A stretch of 64,000 nt of DNA from assembly GCF_902713615.1 (NCBI RefSeq), contig NC_052168.1, forward strand, positions 11,470,001 to 11,534,000. Direction: 5' to 3'. How positions within the stretch are numbered: the first letter of the stretch is position 1; each line of letters starts with the position of its first letter. The notes under the pieces are model-generated. The model did not search any database and was not told where the DNA came from. It saw only the letters and a program-made list of their open reading frames with translations. This DNA is from Scyliorhinus canicula (Eukaryota). The position numbers and the translations under genes were made by a program. Positions 17,086-36,569 of this stretch are shown here, piece by piece.

Positions 17086-17196
17086 TAAGTCTCTCAGCTT
17101 CATGACTTTAAACTATATCATCGCTCAGTCAGAGCCCTGGAACTCCCTCTCCCACAGCCCCCTGGCTCTTCCCCCACCAGATGTTGTGCAGTGGTT

Positions 17197-17450
17197 TGTG
17201 ATGATATGATCTGCATACTCGTCTGCCATTGGGCCAGAACGTCGGCTTACCATTGGCCCTGGTCGGTCATGTGCCTCTCGACCGATTGGCCGAGAGGCTG
17301 AGTTAACCACGCCTCTATCAACGAGGTATAAATGCTCAGAAGCCTGACGATCGTCCCTTTCCACTGTAGACGATCGCCAGGCTGTGTTCTAGTTAATTAA
17401 AGCCTGACATTGGTAAATCACTCGCCTCGCGTGCAATCGATGGTGCATCA
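17197..17450 (+). mobile_element. Solo LTR
   Basis: TG...CA termini, perfect TSD tggtt (17192-17196, 17451-17455), internal TATAAA and ATTAAA. Confidence 0.8.
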
Positions 17451-17807
17451 TGGTTCATAAAGGCGGCTCACCCCCACCTTCTCAAGTATAATTGGGATGG
17501 ACAATAAAGGTAGGGCAACTATTGACACTTATAACCCACGATCAAATCTGCAAAAAGCATGCTGTGCAATATCACACGATAAGAAGCTGTTCCTCTGTCT
17601 GGTACTTTATTGAATGCATGAAGTTGTTCAAAATTAATGGATTAACTTGGGGTCAAAACAGCATGTCAAGTGGCGTAAAGTTCCACTCCCTTTACCGAGG
17701 CTGCAGCGTCTGCGGCATCTACAGGATGCACTGCAGCAACTCATAGAGGCATCTCTTATAGGCATCTCCTAACCCAAGACCTCCACCAAGCACAGGCACA
17801 TACTCCA

Positions 17808-18166
17808 TAGAATCATAGAATTTACAGTGCAGAAGGAGGCCATTCGGCCCATCGAGTCTGCACCGGCTCTTGGAAAGAGCACCCTACCCAAGGTCAACAC
17901 CTCCACCTGATCCCCATAACCCAGTAACCCCACCCAACACGAAGGGCAATTTTGGACGCTAAGGGCAATTTATCACGGCCAATCCACCTTACCTGCACAT
18001 CTTTGGACTGTGGGAGGAAACCGGAGCACCCGGAGGAAACCCACACACACACACACACACGGGGAGAACGTGCAGACTCCACACAGACAGTGACCAAAGC
18101 CGGGAATCGAACCTGGGACCCAGGAGCTGTGAAGCAATCGTGCTATCCACAATGCTACCGTGCTGT
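17808..18166 (-). mobile_element. HE1-like V-SINE
   Basis: Full-length reverse copy. Confidence 0.85.
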
Positions 18167-18697
18167 CCAAACCATCTATAAGGAAAAAGGAAGCAGGTGG
18201 GTGGGAACACCATCGCCTCCGGCCTTCCCCTCGGAGTCACACATCATCCTGACTTGACGGAAATCGCCGCTCCTTCGTCAGCACTGGGTAGAATTCCCGG
18301 GACTCTACCATTCGCCACCTGCGCTTCGAGGCAGCAGCAGTACAGCACACAAATTTCACAAAGGCAATAACTGCTGACTTTGTCATCGAGTCTCACATCC
18401 CCCGCATAAATGTTTTACCCAATAATGTTGCAGTGTCATGTCCAGGCCACCATTCTCCTGTTCTCTTTGGCAATTTGTGACATCGAAGTAAATGCTAATT
18501 CAGTGGAGTATCAATGAGAAGGAAAAAGGTTCTGCGCTCAGTTCCCAGAACATTGCTGCTGTGAAACCTTGGGCTGATTACCCCTCAGCTCGGAGGTGGC
18601 TGGCCCAGTGTGTGCAGAGAAACAGCACCACCAAGATGGCTCACCAATCCATTCCTGCCATTGAGGGGAAAACGTGGATTGGAATATGGATTTGCTT

Positions 18698-19028
18698 CAT
18701 AGATTCATAGAATTTACAGTGCAGAAGGAGGCCATTCGGCCCATTGAGTCTGCACCGGCCCTTGGAAAGAGCACCCTTCCCAACCGCACACCTCCACCCT
18801 ATCCCCATAACCCAGTAACCCCACCCAAGACTAAGGGCAATTTTGGCCAATCCACCTAACCTGCACATCTTTGGACTGTGGGAGGAAACCGGAGCGCCCG
18901 GAGGAAACCCACGCACACACGGGGAGAACGTGCAGACTCCGCACAGACAGTGACCCAAGCCGGGAATTGAACCTGGGACCCTGGAGCTGTGAAGCAATTG
19001 TGCTAATCACTATGCCACTGTGCTGCCC
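18698..19028 (-). mobile_element. HE1-like V-SINE
   Basis: Full-length reverse copy. Confidence 0.85.
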
Positions 19029-19926
19029 ACCGTGGTTGACCATGGAATGAGTGCCACAACCAATTTGAAAACATGGTTCTACTGGGGAACACCCAGAAAC
19101 GCTGGAGGATTGGCTAGGGCTTTATTCCTGGCAGGGTGACATCACAGTCTGCCCCAAATGAAATGAAAATTGCTTATTGTCACAAGTAGGCTTCAAATGA
19201 AGTTACTGTGAAAAGCCCCTAGTCGCCACATTCCGGCGCCTGTTCGGAGTGGCAGGTACGGGAATCATGGGAATCAGGATTCATGGGGACTTCCACATTG
19301 AAAATTAACACCTATTGTACCTCCCCTTCAGCACCACAGCCATATGATACGAAACTTGGGAAAAAAACAGTACAAGCATGGAACACAAAGATTGAGACAG
19401 GTTAACCCAGGACATGATGGGTGGTGTCACTCCTCTCCCCCCCTCCCCAAACAAAAACCCCTCCTCGAAGATATATTCCTGCACCAGAGTGAAGAGCCAG
19501 AGTCTTGAAAGATGAGGCTGAGAAATAACTAGAATTGCAGCTCTGAAAGCTGCAATTAAAAATCTCTTCTTCAACCCCCTCACCATAAGGACTGAAGGAA
19601 CTGAATTGGGATGACAAGCTCATGGATCTGAAGGGGTACTGACAGGGTGGATGCATAGAGACGTGTCCTCGCATCAGAGATTCAAGAACAAAGGGTCACT
19701 AAAGAGGTACCATTCAACACAGACGGAGAGAATCTTTGTCTCTTATTGAGAGGGGCACGAATCTTGAACACTGCTCCCGAAACCCCCTCCCACCCACGCT
19801 TTGCCTTCTTCCAGACCCTTCCATCAGGCAGAAGTCTGAAGACCCGCACAACCAGATATAGGAACAGCTTCTTCCCCACAGCTACTAGACTCAACGACTC
19901 TCCCTCAGACTGATCTGTTCCCTGTG

Positions 19927-21567
19927 TCCAGGGTTTAGAGAACCCCAAAGTGCATCATGGAGGTCACCTCATCCACGACTTTTACTAGATTGTGGTATGG
20001 GGAGCACACGGCCCACTCCAAAAGTGTGTACAGCAGAAATGGAAAAGTATTTTTTAAAGCAAAACAATGTTTATTCTATGAACTCAAGTTAACCTTTTTA
20101 AAACAGTGAAGATCTTCGCAACCATTAATTCAAATACAACCCCCAAAGAATACAACACTAAGTAATCCTTAAGCTTTCCTTTTTAACATCCATAAGGAAT
20201 AAAAAAAACACATTTTAACAGAAGCATATCAGGTTTAAATTCACTACTGAGAACAGTTATCACTCTGAATTCACCAAATGATCAAGAGATAGTCTTTACA
20301 TGGCAGAGAGAACAGCAGTACACCTCCTCTGGCTGACTGCAGCTCCAACACTAAAACGAAAGCCAAAAAAAAACACAGACGCACCCAAGCTTTTCTCAAA
20401 GTGAAACCGAAAAGCAGAGCCAGAGCTTTTTTTTTTTTTTTTTTTTTATAAATTTAGATTACCCAATTATTTTTTCCAATTAAGGGGCAATTTAGCGTGG
20501 CCAATCCACCTACTCTGCACATTTTTGGGTTGTGGGGGCGAAACCCACGCAAACACGGGGAGAATGTGCAAACTCCACACGGACAGTGACCCAGAGCCGG
20601 GATCGAACCTGGGACCTCAGCGCCGTGAGGCGGTTATGCTAACCACTTGGCCACCATGCTGCCCTAGCAGAGCCAGAGCTAGGCTCCACCCACACTGACA
20701 TCACTGCAGCCAGAGCTAGGCTCCACCCACACTCTGACATCACTGCAGCCAGAGCTCGGCTCCACCCACACTCTGACATCACTCCAGCCAGAGCTCGGCT
20801 CCACCCACACTCTGATATCACTGCAGCCAGAGCTAGGCTCCACCCACACTCTGACATCACTGCAGCCAGAGCTCAGCTCCACCCACACTCTGACATCACT
20901 GCAGCCAGAGCTCGGCTCCACCCACACTCTGACATCACTGCAGCCAGAGCTCAGCTCCACCCACACTCTGACATCACTGCAGCCAGAGCTCAGCTCCACC
21001 CACACTCTGACATCACTGCAGCCAGAACTCGGCTCCACCCACACTCTGACATCACTGCAGCCAGAGCTCGGCTCCACCCACACTCTGACATCACTGCAGC
21101 CAGAGCTTGGCTCCACCCACACTCTGATATCACTGCAGCCAGAGCTAGGCTCCACCCACACTCTGACATCACTGCAGCCAGAGCTCAGCTCCACCCACAC
21201 TCTGACATCACTGCAGCCAGAGCTCAGCTCCACCCACACTCTGACATCACTGCAGCCAGAGCTCAGCTCCACCCACACTCTGACATCACTGCAGCCAGAG
21301 CTCGGCTCCACCCACACTCTGACATCACTGCAGCCAGAGCTAGGCTCCACCCACACTCTGACATCACTGCAGCCAGAGCTCAGCTCCACCCACACTCTGA
21401 CATCACTGCAGCCAGAGCTCAGCTCCACCCACACTGACATCACTGCAGCCAGAGCTCAGCTCCACCCACACTCTGACATCACTGCAGCCAGAGCTCAGCT
21501 CCACCCACACTCTGACATCACTGCAGCCAGAGCTAGGCTCCACCCACACTCTGACATCACTGCAGTA
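19927..21567 (-). mobile_element. LTR (same family as 29748-30294, inverted) containing a poly(A) SINE (20428-20665) and a minisatellite
   Basis: 19927-20427 is the reverse complement of 29830-30285; the SINE is flanked by a 15-bp TSD agcagagccagagct (20413-20427, 20666-20680). Confidence 0.75.
20666..21567. repeat. 39-bp minisatellite, about 23 units (gcagccagagctcagctccacccacactctgacatcact)
   Basis: Read directly; gives the 13-aa periodic ORF 20679..21443; two units are 2 bp shorter. Confidence 0.95.
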
Positions 21568-21694
21568 ACATGAGCAGATAGGACGTCTGCCTCTTTCTTC
21601 TCCTGGATTCCCGGATCTTGCGACACCCCAAAAATCACCACCTCTGGACTCAATGCCACCCTTGTTTTTGACTACCTTAGACATAACATCTGAA

Positions 21695-21920
21695 GGGCAG
21701 CACGGTGGCACAGTGGTTAGCATTGCTGCCTACGGCGCTGAGGACCCGGGTTCGAATCCCGGCCCTGGGTCACTGTCTGTGTGGAGTTTGCACATTCTCC
21801 CCGTGTCTGCGTGGGTTTCGCCCCCACAACCCAAAAGATGTGCAGGTTAGGTGAATTGGCCACGCTAAATTGCCCCTTAATTGGAAAAAATAATTGGGTA
21901 CTCTAAATTAAAAAAAAAAA
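21695..21920 (+). mobile_element. Short poly(A)-tailed V-SINE
   Basis: Head, core, aattgggtactctaaatt and poly(A). Confidence 0.8.
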
Positions 21921-22510
21921 CACATGACATCTGCAAACCCCAGCCAAAATCCCCTAAGCTTTGGATAGGCCCAGAACATGTGAACATGTTCACTGGCCCT
22001 CCCACACACCTGCCTTCCACCCCAAAGAATCTGCTCATCCGGGCCACTGTCATGTGGGCCCGGTGAACCGCCTTGAATTGAATCAGGCCGAGCCTGGCAC
22101 ATGTTGCAGTTGCATTAACTCTACTCAACTCTTCTGCCCAAAGGTCCCCCTCTATTTCTCCTCCCACTTACGCTTCAGCACCTCAGTCTATGTTTCCCCT
22201 GATGCCATAAGTTCCTTGTAAATGTCAGAGACGCTCCCCTCTCCTACCCAGCCTCTGGAAACTACCCTGTCCTGAAATCCCCTTTAGCAGCAGGAGTGGG
22301 AAAGTTGATACTTGTCTATGCAGAAAGTCCCTCACCTGCAGATATCCAAATTAGTTTCCCCTTACCAACACAATCTTCTCCTCCAGCACCCTCATACTCA
22401 GAAAGCTCCCCTCTATAAACAAGTCCCCCATCCTCCTCAGTCCCCACCATATTCAGAACCCCCCCATCTCTACTCCCCAGGGCAAACTGGTGATTAGCAC
22501 AGATTGGGAC
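21921..22510 (-). mobile_element. LINE-1-like ORF2 C-terminal fragment
   Basis: LWAEELSRVNATATCARLGLIQFKAVHRAH...HVHMFWAYPKL; related piece at 13520-13690. Confidence 0.65.
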
Positions 22511-22980
22511 CAACCACTATTTGTTGATGCGCTGATTCTTTTTGTCTAATGTGTACATTCCCTTGGCTGCAGAAAAATACTTTTCACTGGCACATGTGAC
22601 AATCAATCAAGCAGAGCCCTTGAATATTTTAAAGATGGGCACAAGGAGAGGAAAGGTTATGTGGGGGGGGGGGGGCTGCTGGAGTTACAATCACAAATGG
22701 TGGAACAGGCTCTAGGTACCTACTACCCATTCTTTGTTTGGAAGAGAAGCCAGGTTGGCAATTGCTCCACAAAAGCTATTGTGAGCACCTGAGGTATCAA
22801 TTTCAAAGAAGTGTTGAATGATGAGCAATACACAAGATCAGCAAAAGATTTTTTATTCACTTAATTGTGGGGTAACAGTTTTTGATTCAAGTTTATTGTT
22901 CCTGGAGAAAGTCAAATGGTGCAGGTGTATTGGAAATACAGCAGCCAAGTCATCTAAAAATCAAATCCTGGCTGTGACAT

Positions 22981-27100
<4,120 letters not shown>

Positions 27101-27200
27101 TTTGTGAGTGTTGCCTTCTTTACCCTAATTATTTTACCACAATCTCAAATTTAGACCAAAACCCAACAATACCTAAAAGCTCACACCCTAAGCACATGCA

Positions 27201-27352
27201 TTTATACTCCAGGACCACAAAGTAATTTTATGGAGCAGGAAATGACATCACCAATGATAGCCAAGCACTCTTGTTGACCAATCAAAGAGTTGCCTTGTCC
27301 AATTGGATTCCAATCAGCACAGATAGGATTTGGGGCCCAGGAACCAATCAGA
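27201..27352 (-). promoter_or_regulatory. Proximal promoter of ferritin copy 2
   Basis: TATAAA 27201-27206, gcaggaaatgacatca 27235-27250, five CCAAT boxes between 27251 and 27350. Confidence 0.72.
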
Positions 27353-27927
27353 ATGTTAAAGAAGAGGTTCAATTGATTGACAACTCAACCATAATAGAAT
27401 TGGTGATTGACCTTTGACCTGCACTTTGGAGGCATTTCTCACTGAAAAATCATACTTTGACATTTGAGAGATGGTATTAAGACAAGCTTGGTGTAGATGC
27501 ACAGAGTTACATTCTTTGGTTCCTCTGAGTGACTCTTTATTTCTAAACTTTGAAGGACAGTATTGGAGGTTTTTGGAAAATTGAGACATCATTTGAAGAA
27601 TAATTTTTCCTGCTCGTTTGCAGCAACTGGAACAATGTGATATGGGACGTCCAATACGGAGATCTGAGGATAGGTTGACAAATGATGAATGTGTGGACCC
27701 ATTCTGTACCTCTTGTGATCACATTGAAGATTCCCTGGCTTGTAGGAATTCCAGTTTGAAACATTATGCTGTAATGTTCTGCAGAGCACCCGAGCTGTAT
27801 GGTAGGCCTCGGGCCTCCAGGTCTAATTTCCCCCAGAATCAGTTGCTGGAAGCATGTCACCGACCCACCATTGTAATATCTCTATATTCAGTGTTCTATC
27901 ATTCCAATGGACAACCCTCTACTGACA

Positions 27928-28412
27928 TGGGAGGCACATTGGCGCAGTGGTCAGCACTGCTGCCTCACAGCACCAGGAACCTGGGTTCAATTCCGGCCTT
28001 GTGTGTCTGTCCGTGTGGAGTTTGCACATTCTCCCCGTGTTTGTGTGGATTTCACCGCCACAATGCAAAGATGCGTTTAGGAGGAACTTCTTCACCCAAA
28101 GGGTTGTGAATCTATGGAATTCCTTGCCCAGTGAAGCAGTTGAGGCTCCTTCATTACATGTTTTTAAGGTAAAGATAGATAGTTTTTTGAAGAATAAAGG
28201 GATTAAGGGTTATGGTGTTCGGGCCGGAAAGTGGAGCTTTGTCCACAAAAGATCAGCCATGATCTAATTGAATGGCGGAGCAGGCTCGAGGGGCCAGATG
28301 GCCTACTCCTGCTCCTAGTTCTTATGTTCTTATGTTCTTATGCGCAGGCTAGGTGAGCTAAATTCACTCTTAATTGTGGAAAATGTATTGGGTACTCTAA
28401 ATTTAAAAAAAT
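27928..28412 (+). mobile_element. Poly(A) V-SINE interrupted by a CR1 3' fragment (28076-28339)
   Basis: The SINE breaks at aaagatgcg and resumes at atgcgcagg; the insert reads RRNFFTQRVVNLWNSLP and ends in (tcttatgt)n. Confidence 0.75.
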
Positions 28413-29515
28413 GTAGAGAATTGTTGTTGCAATTGTATAGAGTGTTGGTGAGACCACATCTGGAATATTGTGTCTGGTTTCAATATCCATTGGAGGCTGT
28501 TCAGGGGCGGGTCACCAAATGGATTCTGGAGATGAAAGGATTGACGTATGAGGAAAGATTGAAGAGTTTGGGTATATACTCGTTTAGAAGAATGAGAGGA
28601 TCTGATCGAGATATATATGGGATTGATAAAGTAAACGTAGACCAAATGTTTCCAGTTTGTAGAGCAATCTAGGACAAGAGACCACAGATATAGGTTGAGA
28701 GGCGGTAGATTTAGAACTGAGATGAGGAGGAACTACTTCTCGTAGAGGGGGGGTGAATTTGTGGAACTCGCTGTCCCATTGTGCGGTCGAGTCTGAGTCA
28801 TTAAATGGTCTCAGAAGGAGATGGATATATTTCTGATTTTTCAAAATGGGTTAAAGGGATATAGGGAACAGGCAGGAAGGTGGATTGAGATGAGGGAGTG
28901 ATCAGCCAATGCGGAGCAGGCTCGAAGGGCTGAAATGCCTACCTCTGCTCCTAATTCCTATATACGCACAGATGTCTTTGATCATACCTTCTAACTGAGT
29001 GGGAATCTTCAATTCTCCAGTTCCTCAAAGGCCAGCAGTCCATTTTGGAATTAATTGTAAAGTGGGAAGACATCACGTGACATGGCAGCACGGTATCATT
29101 GTGGATAGCACAATCGCTTCACAGCTCCAGGGTCCCAGGTTCGATTCCGGCTTGGGTCACTGTCTGTGCGGAGTCTGCACATCCTCCCCGTGTGTGCGTG
29201 GGTTTCCTCCGGGTGCTCCGGTTTCCTCCCACAGTCCAAAAATGTGCAGGTTAGGTGGATTGGCCATGATAAATTGCCCTTAGTGTCCAAAATTGCCCTT
29301 AGTGTTGGGTGGGGTTACTGGGTTATGGGGATCAGGTGGAGGTGTGGGCTTGGGTAGGGTGCTCTTTCCAAGAGCCGGTGCAAACTCGATGGGCCGAATG
29401 GCCTCCTTCTTCACTGTAAATTCTATGTAATATCTATGTAATAATACCTGGGCTGAGTGACAGTTCCTGTGCTGTACATTCACTGTAATTCTATCTAAAC
29501 AGTAGCAGAAAATAG
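28413..29515 (+). repeat. CR1 fragment + unique flank + V-SINE (29083-29428); inverted homologue of 14440-15560
   Basis: Reverse complement aligns with the region upstream of copy 1, which lacks this SINE. Confidence 0.75.
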
Positions 29516-29747
29516 CTAATCGGAAATGTTCTTCATAGAATCCCAGTGCACAGTGCAGAATGTGGCCATTCGGTCCATTGGGAGACATTGGCAAATTCCA
29601 CACGGACAGTGACCCGGAGCTGGGAACTTGGGACCTCAGCGCCGTGAGGGAGCAGTGCTAACTACTGCCCCACTGTGCTGTCCCAACACCTCTCTACTTT
29701 TATACTCCAGCCCTTTTGCAATAAACACCAATGTTTCATTTGCTTTT

Positions 29748-30294
29748 TGTCATGTGAGTGTACCTTTAAGAAATGGGTGTTTATTACTGCAGTGGTGTCA
29801 GAGAGTGGGTGGAGCTGGGCTGTCTGTCAGCTTTTTACTTTCATTTTTGAGCAGGCTGTTTTAGTTTAATTTTGAATGTTGGAGCTGAAGCCAGACCAAG
29901 CAGGTGTACTGCTGTTCTCTCTGCCATGAAAAGACTATCTCTTGATCATTTGGTGAATTCCGAATTATAAATGTTCGCAGTAGTGAATGTAAAGCTAATG
30001 TGCTTCTGTTGAAAGGTGTTTCTTCTGGATGCTGTTTGGGAAGTTAAGCATTACTTAGTGTTGTATTCTTTGGGGGTTGTATTTAAATTGATGGTTGCCA
30101 AGTTCACTGTCTATTTTAAAAAGGTTAACTTATAGAATAAACATTGTTTTGCTTTTAAAAAATACTTTTCCATTTCTGCTGTACCACACCTGCAGAGTGG
30201 GCCGTGTGCTCCCCATACCACAATCTATTAAAAGTTATGGGTCAGGTGAACTCCATGATACACTTTGGGGTTCTCTAAACCTTGGCCCATAACA
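29748..30294 (+). mobile_element. Solo LTR
   Basis: tgtcatg...cataaca inverted termini; second copy at 19927-21567; TSD imperfect (ctttt/ctatt). Confidence 0.7.
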
Positions 30295-30771
30295 CTATTA
30301 CATTTTGTACCCACATACTAACTGCAATTCATGAACGGCATTCAGATCCCTCTGCAAAAATGCATTTAGATATTGCTAGTGAGTCCTTGGGCTGTTTGCC
30401 CCTCTTCTCTGAGTTGGCTGGTCCAGTGGCTAAAGAGCATCAAAATAGTACAAGCTTGGAACAGAAGGAATTGGGACGAGGTAACACAAGATGAGATGGA
30501 TGGTGTACTGTCCTGCCACCAAATTTTAAAAAGCCTCCTTGAAGATACTTTGTTGCTCAAGAGTAAAAAGTTAAATATGGCAAAGGCATTCAAAGATGAA
30601 GTTGGGGGAAGAACTAATTGCAGCTCCGAAAAGCCATTAAGAATTATTGAACCCCCTCACCATTCTGCAGGAATAGAATTGGAACGATGTCTAGGTGAAT
30701 GTGTCTTTTAGAGGCAATGAGTCTCGAACACTTCCTCCAGAGCCAGTGGAAGCAGAGCACCTGGGAATATT

Positions 30772-30999
30772 TTTAAATTTTTTTTTATAAATTTAGAGTA
30801 GCCAATTCATTTTTTCCAATTAAGGGGCAATTTAGCATGGCCAATCCACCTCCCCTGCACATCTTTGGGTTGTGAGGGCGAAACCCACACAAACACTGGG
30901 AGAATGTGCAAACTCCACACGGACAGTGACCCAGAGCCGGGATCGAACCTGGGGGCCGTGAGGCTGCAGGGTTAACCCACTGTGCCACCGTGCTGCCCT
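30772..30999 (-). mobile_element. Short poly(A)-tailed V-SINE with TSD
   Basis: Flanked by tgggaatattt on both sides. Confidence 0.8.
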
Positions 31000-31205
31000 G
31001 GGAATATTTAAGGTTGGGCACAAGGGATTAACTACTGTGAGGTGTTAAGTGTTGAATGAAGAGCAACAAGATTTGTGAAATATTATTTTAATCGTGGGGC
31101 AACAATTTAATTCTTTGCTGCAAGTTCATTCTTCTCTGAGAAAGCCAAGAGTTCCAGGTGTAGTTGGAAATGCACATCACACAACAGCCAATCCTGGATG
31201 TGACA

Positions 31206-34883
<3,678 letters not shown>

Positions 34884-34976
34884 TTTGTGAGTGTTGCCTT
34901 CTTTACCCTAATTCTTTTACCACAACCTCAAATTTAGACCAATAATACCTAAAAGCTCACACACAAAGCACTTGCA

Positions 34977-35130
34977 TTTATACACCAGGACCACAAAGTA
35001 ATTTTATGGAGCAGGAAATGACATCACCAATGATAGCCAAGCACTCTTGTTGACCAATCAAAGAGTTGCCTTGTCCAATTGGATTCCAATCAGCACAGAT
35101 AGGATTTGGGGCCCAGGAACCAATCAGAAT
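34977..35130 (-). promoter_or_regulatory. Proximal promoter of ferritin copy 3
   Basis: TATAAA 34977-34982, gcaggaaatgacatca 35011-35026, CCAAT cluster; nearly identical to the copy 2 promoter. Confidence 0.72.
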
Positions 35131-35932
35131 GATAAAGAAGAGGTTCCATTGATTGACACGTCAACCATAATAGAATTGGTGATTGACCTTTGACCCTCAC
35201 TCTGGAAGTGTTTCTACCCAAAAACAACAATAAAATATCCTCTCAAATCTTATTTTTGACTTTGAGAGGTGGTATTAAGACAAGCTTGTTGCAGATGCAC
35301 AGTTACATTTTTTGGTTCCTCTGAGGGAGTCTTTATTTCTAACTTTTGAAAGAAAAGGTTGGAGCTTGTTGGAAAATAGAGATATAATTTGAAAAAGGCA
35401 TTTTCAGGCTGGTTTGCAGCAACTGAAACAATGTGATGTGGACCATCCAAGACGAGAATGTGATGATAGGTTGACAAACGATGAACTTGTGGACCCATTC
35501 TGTATTTCCTGTGGTCACGTTGAGGATTCCCTGGGTTGCAGGAAGCCAAGTTTGAAAAATAATGCTGTAACCTTCTGCAGAGAACCTCAGATGTATGGTA
35601 GGCCTCAGGCCTCCATATCTAATCCCCCCAGAATCAATTACTGGGAGCCTGCCCACCATTGTATTATCTCCATCAGTTTTTTTTGGACCAACGGACAACC
35701 ATCTACCGTCAAGAACATTTCCGATGAGATATTTTCCGCTCCTGTTGATGTAGAATATGTGCAGCACAGAGCCTGGCTACCCAGCCCAACTGCTTCGTGA
35801 GGCAATTATGGCCAGGATTTCATGGCTCTCCCTCAGCGAATCTCCCACCCCCACCGGTAGTCGTGGCGACCCATTCAAATGGCCATTCAGTTTGGCAAGA
35901 CTGGGTGAGAGTGGCCACAAAAGCCTGGCCAC

Positions 35933-36195
35933 TAGGATTTGGGGCCCAGGAACCAATCAGAATGATAAAGAAGAGGTTCCATTGATTGACAACTCAACCA
36001 TAATAGAATTGGTGATTGGCCTTTGACCCTAACTCTGTAAGTGTTTCTACCCAAAAACAACAATAAAATATCCTCTCAAATCTTATTTTGACTTTGAGAG
36101 GCTGTATTAAGACAAGCTTGTTGCAGATGCGCAGAGTTACATTCTTTGGTTCCTCTGAGGGAGTCTTTATTTCTAACTTTTGAAAGACAAGGTTG
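35933..36195 (+). repeat. Direct duplicate of distal promoter segment 35100-35361
   Basis: Near-identical taggatttggggcccaggaaccaatcag...cttttgaaag. Confidence 0.9.
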
Positions 36196-36236
36196 AAAAA
36201 TAAGGGTCTCCAAGGCGCCCACCCACCCTATAGCAC

Positions 36237-36550
36237 ATAATAATAATAATCTTTATTGGTGTCACACGTAGACTTACATTAACACTGCAATGACATTACT
36301 GTGAAAAGCCCCTAGTTGCCACATTCGGGCGCCTCCTCGGGTACACTGAGGGAGAATTCAGAATGTCCAATTCACCTAACAGCACGTCTTTTGGGACTTG
36401 TGGGAGGAAACTGGAGCACCCGGAGGAAACCCACGCACACACGGGGAGAACGTGCAGACTCCGCACAGACAGTGACCCAAGCCGGGAATCGAACGTGGGA
36501 TCCTGGACATGTGAAGCAACAGTGATAACCACTGTGCTACCGTGCTGCCC
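36237..36550 (-). mobile_element. V-SINE with alternative (L2-like) tail
   Basis: Reverse copy ending in (att)n. Confidence 0.8.
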
Positions 36551-36569
36551 CTTCCCTTAAGCATCCAAA

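Noticed and set aside
20666-21567. CRISPR-like array or 254-aa repeat protein
   Set aside because: Contiguous units with no unique spacers, eukaryotic context and LTR origin; the ORF follows from a stop-free 39-bp unit.
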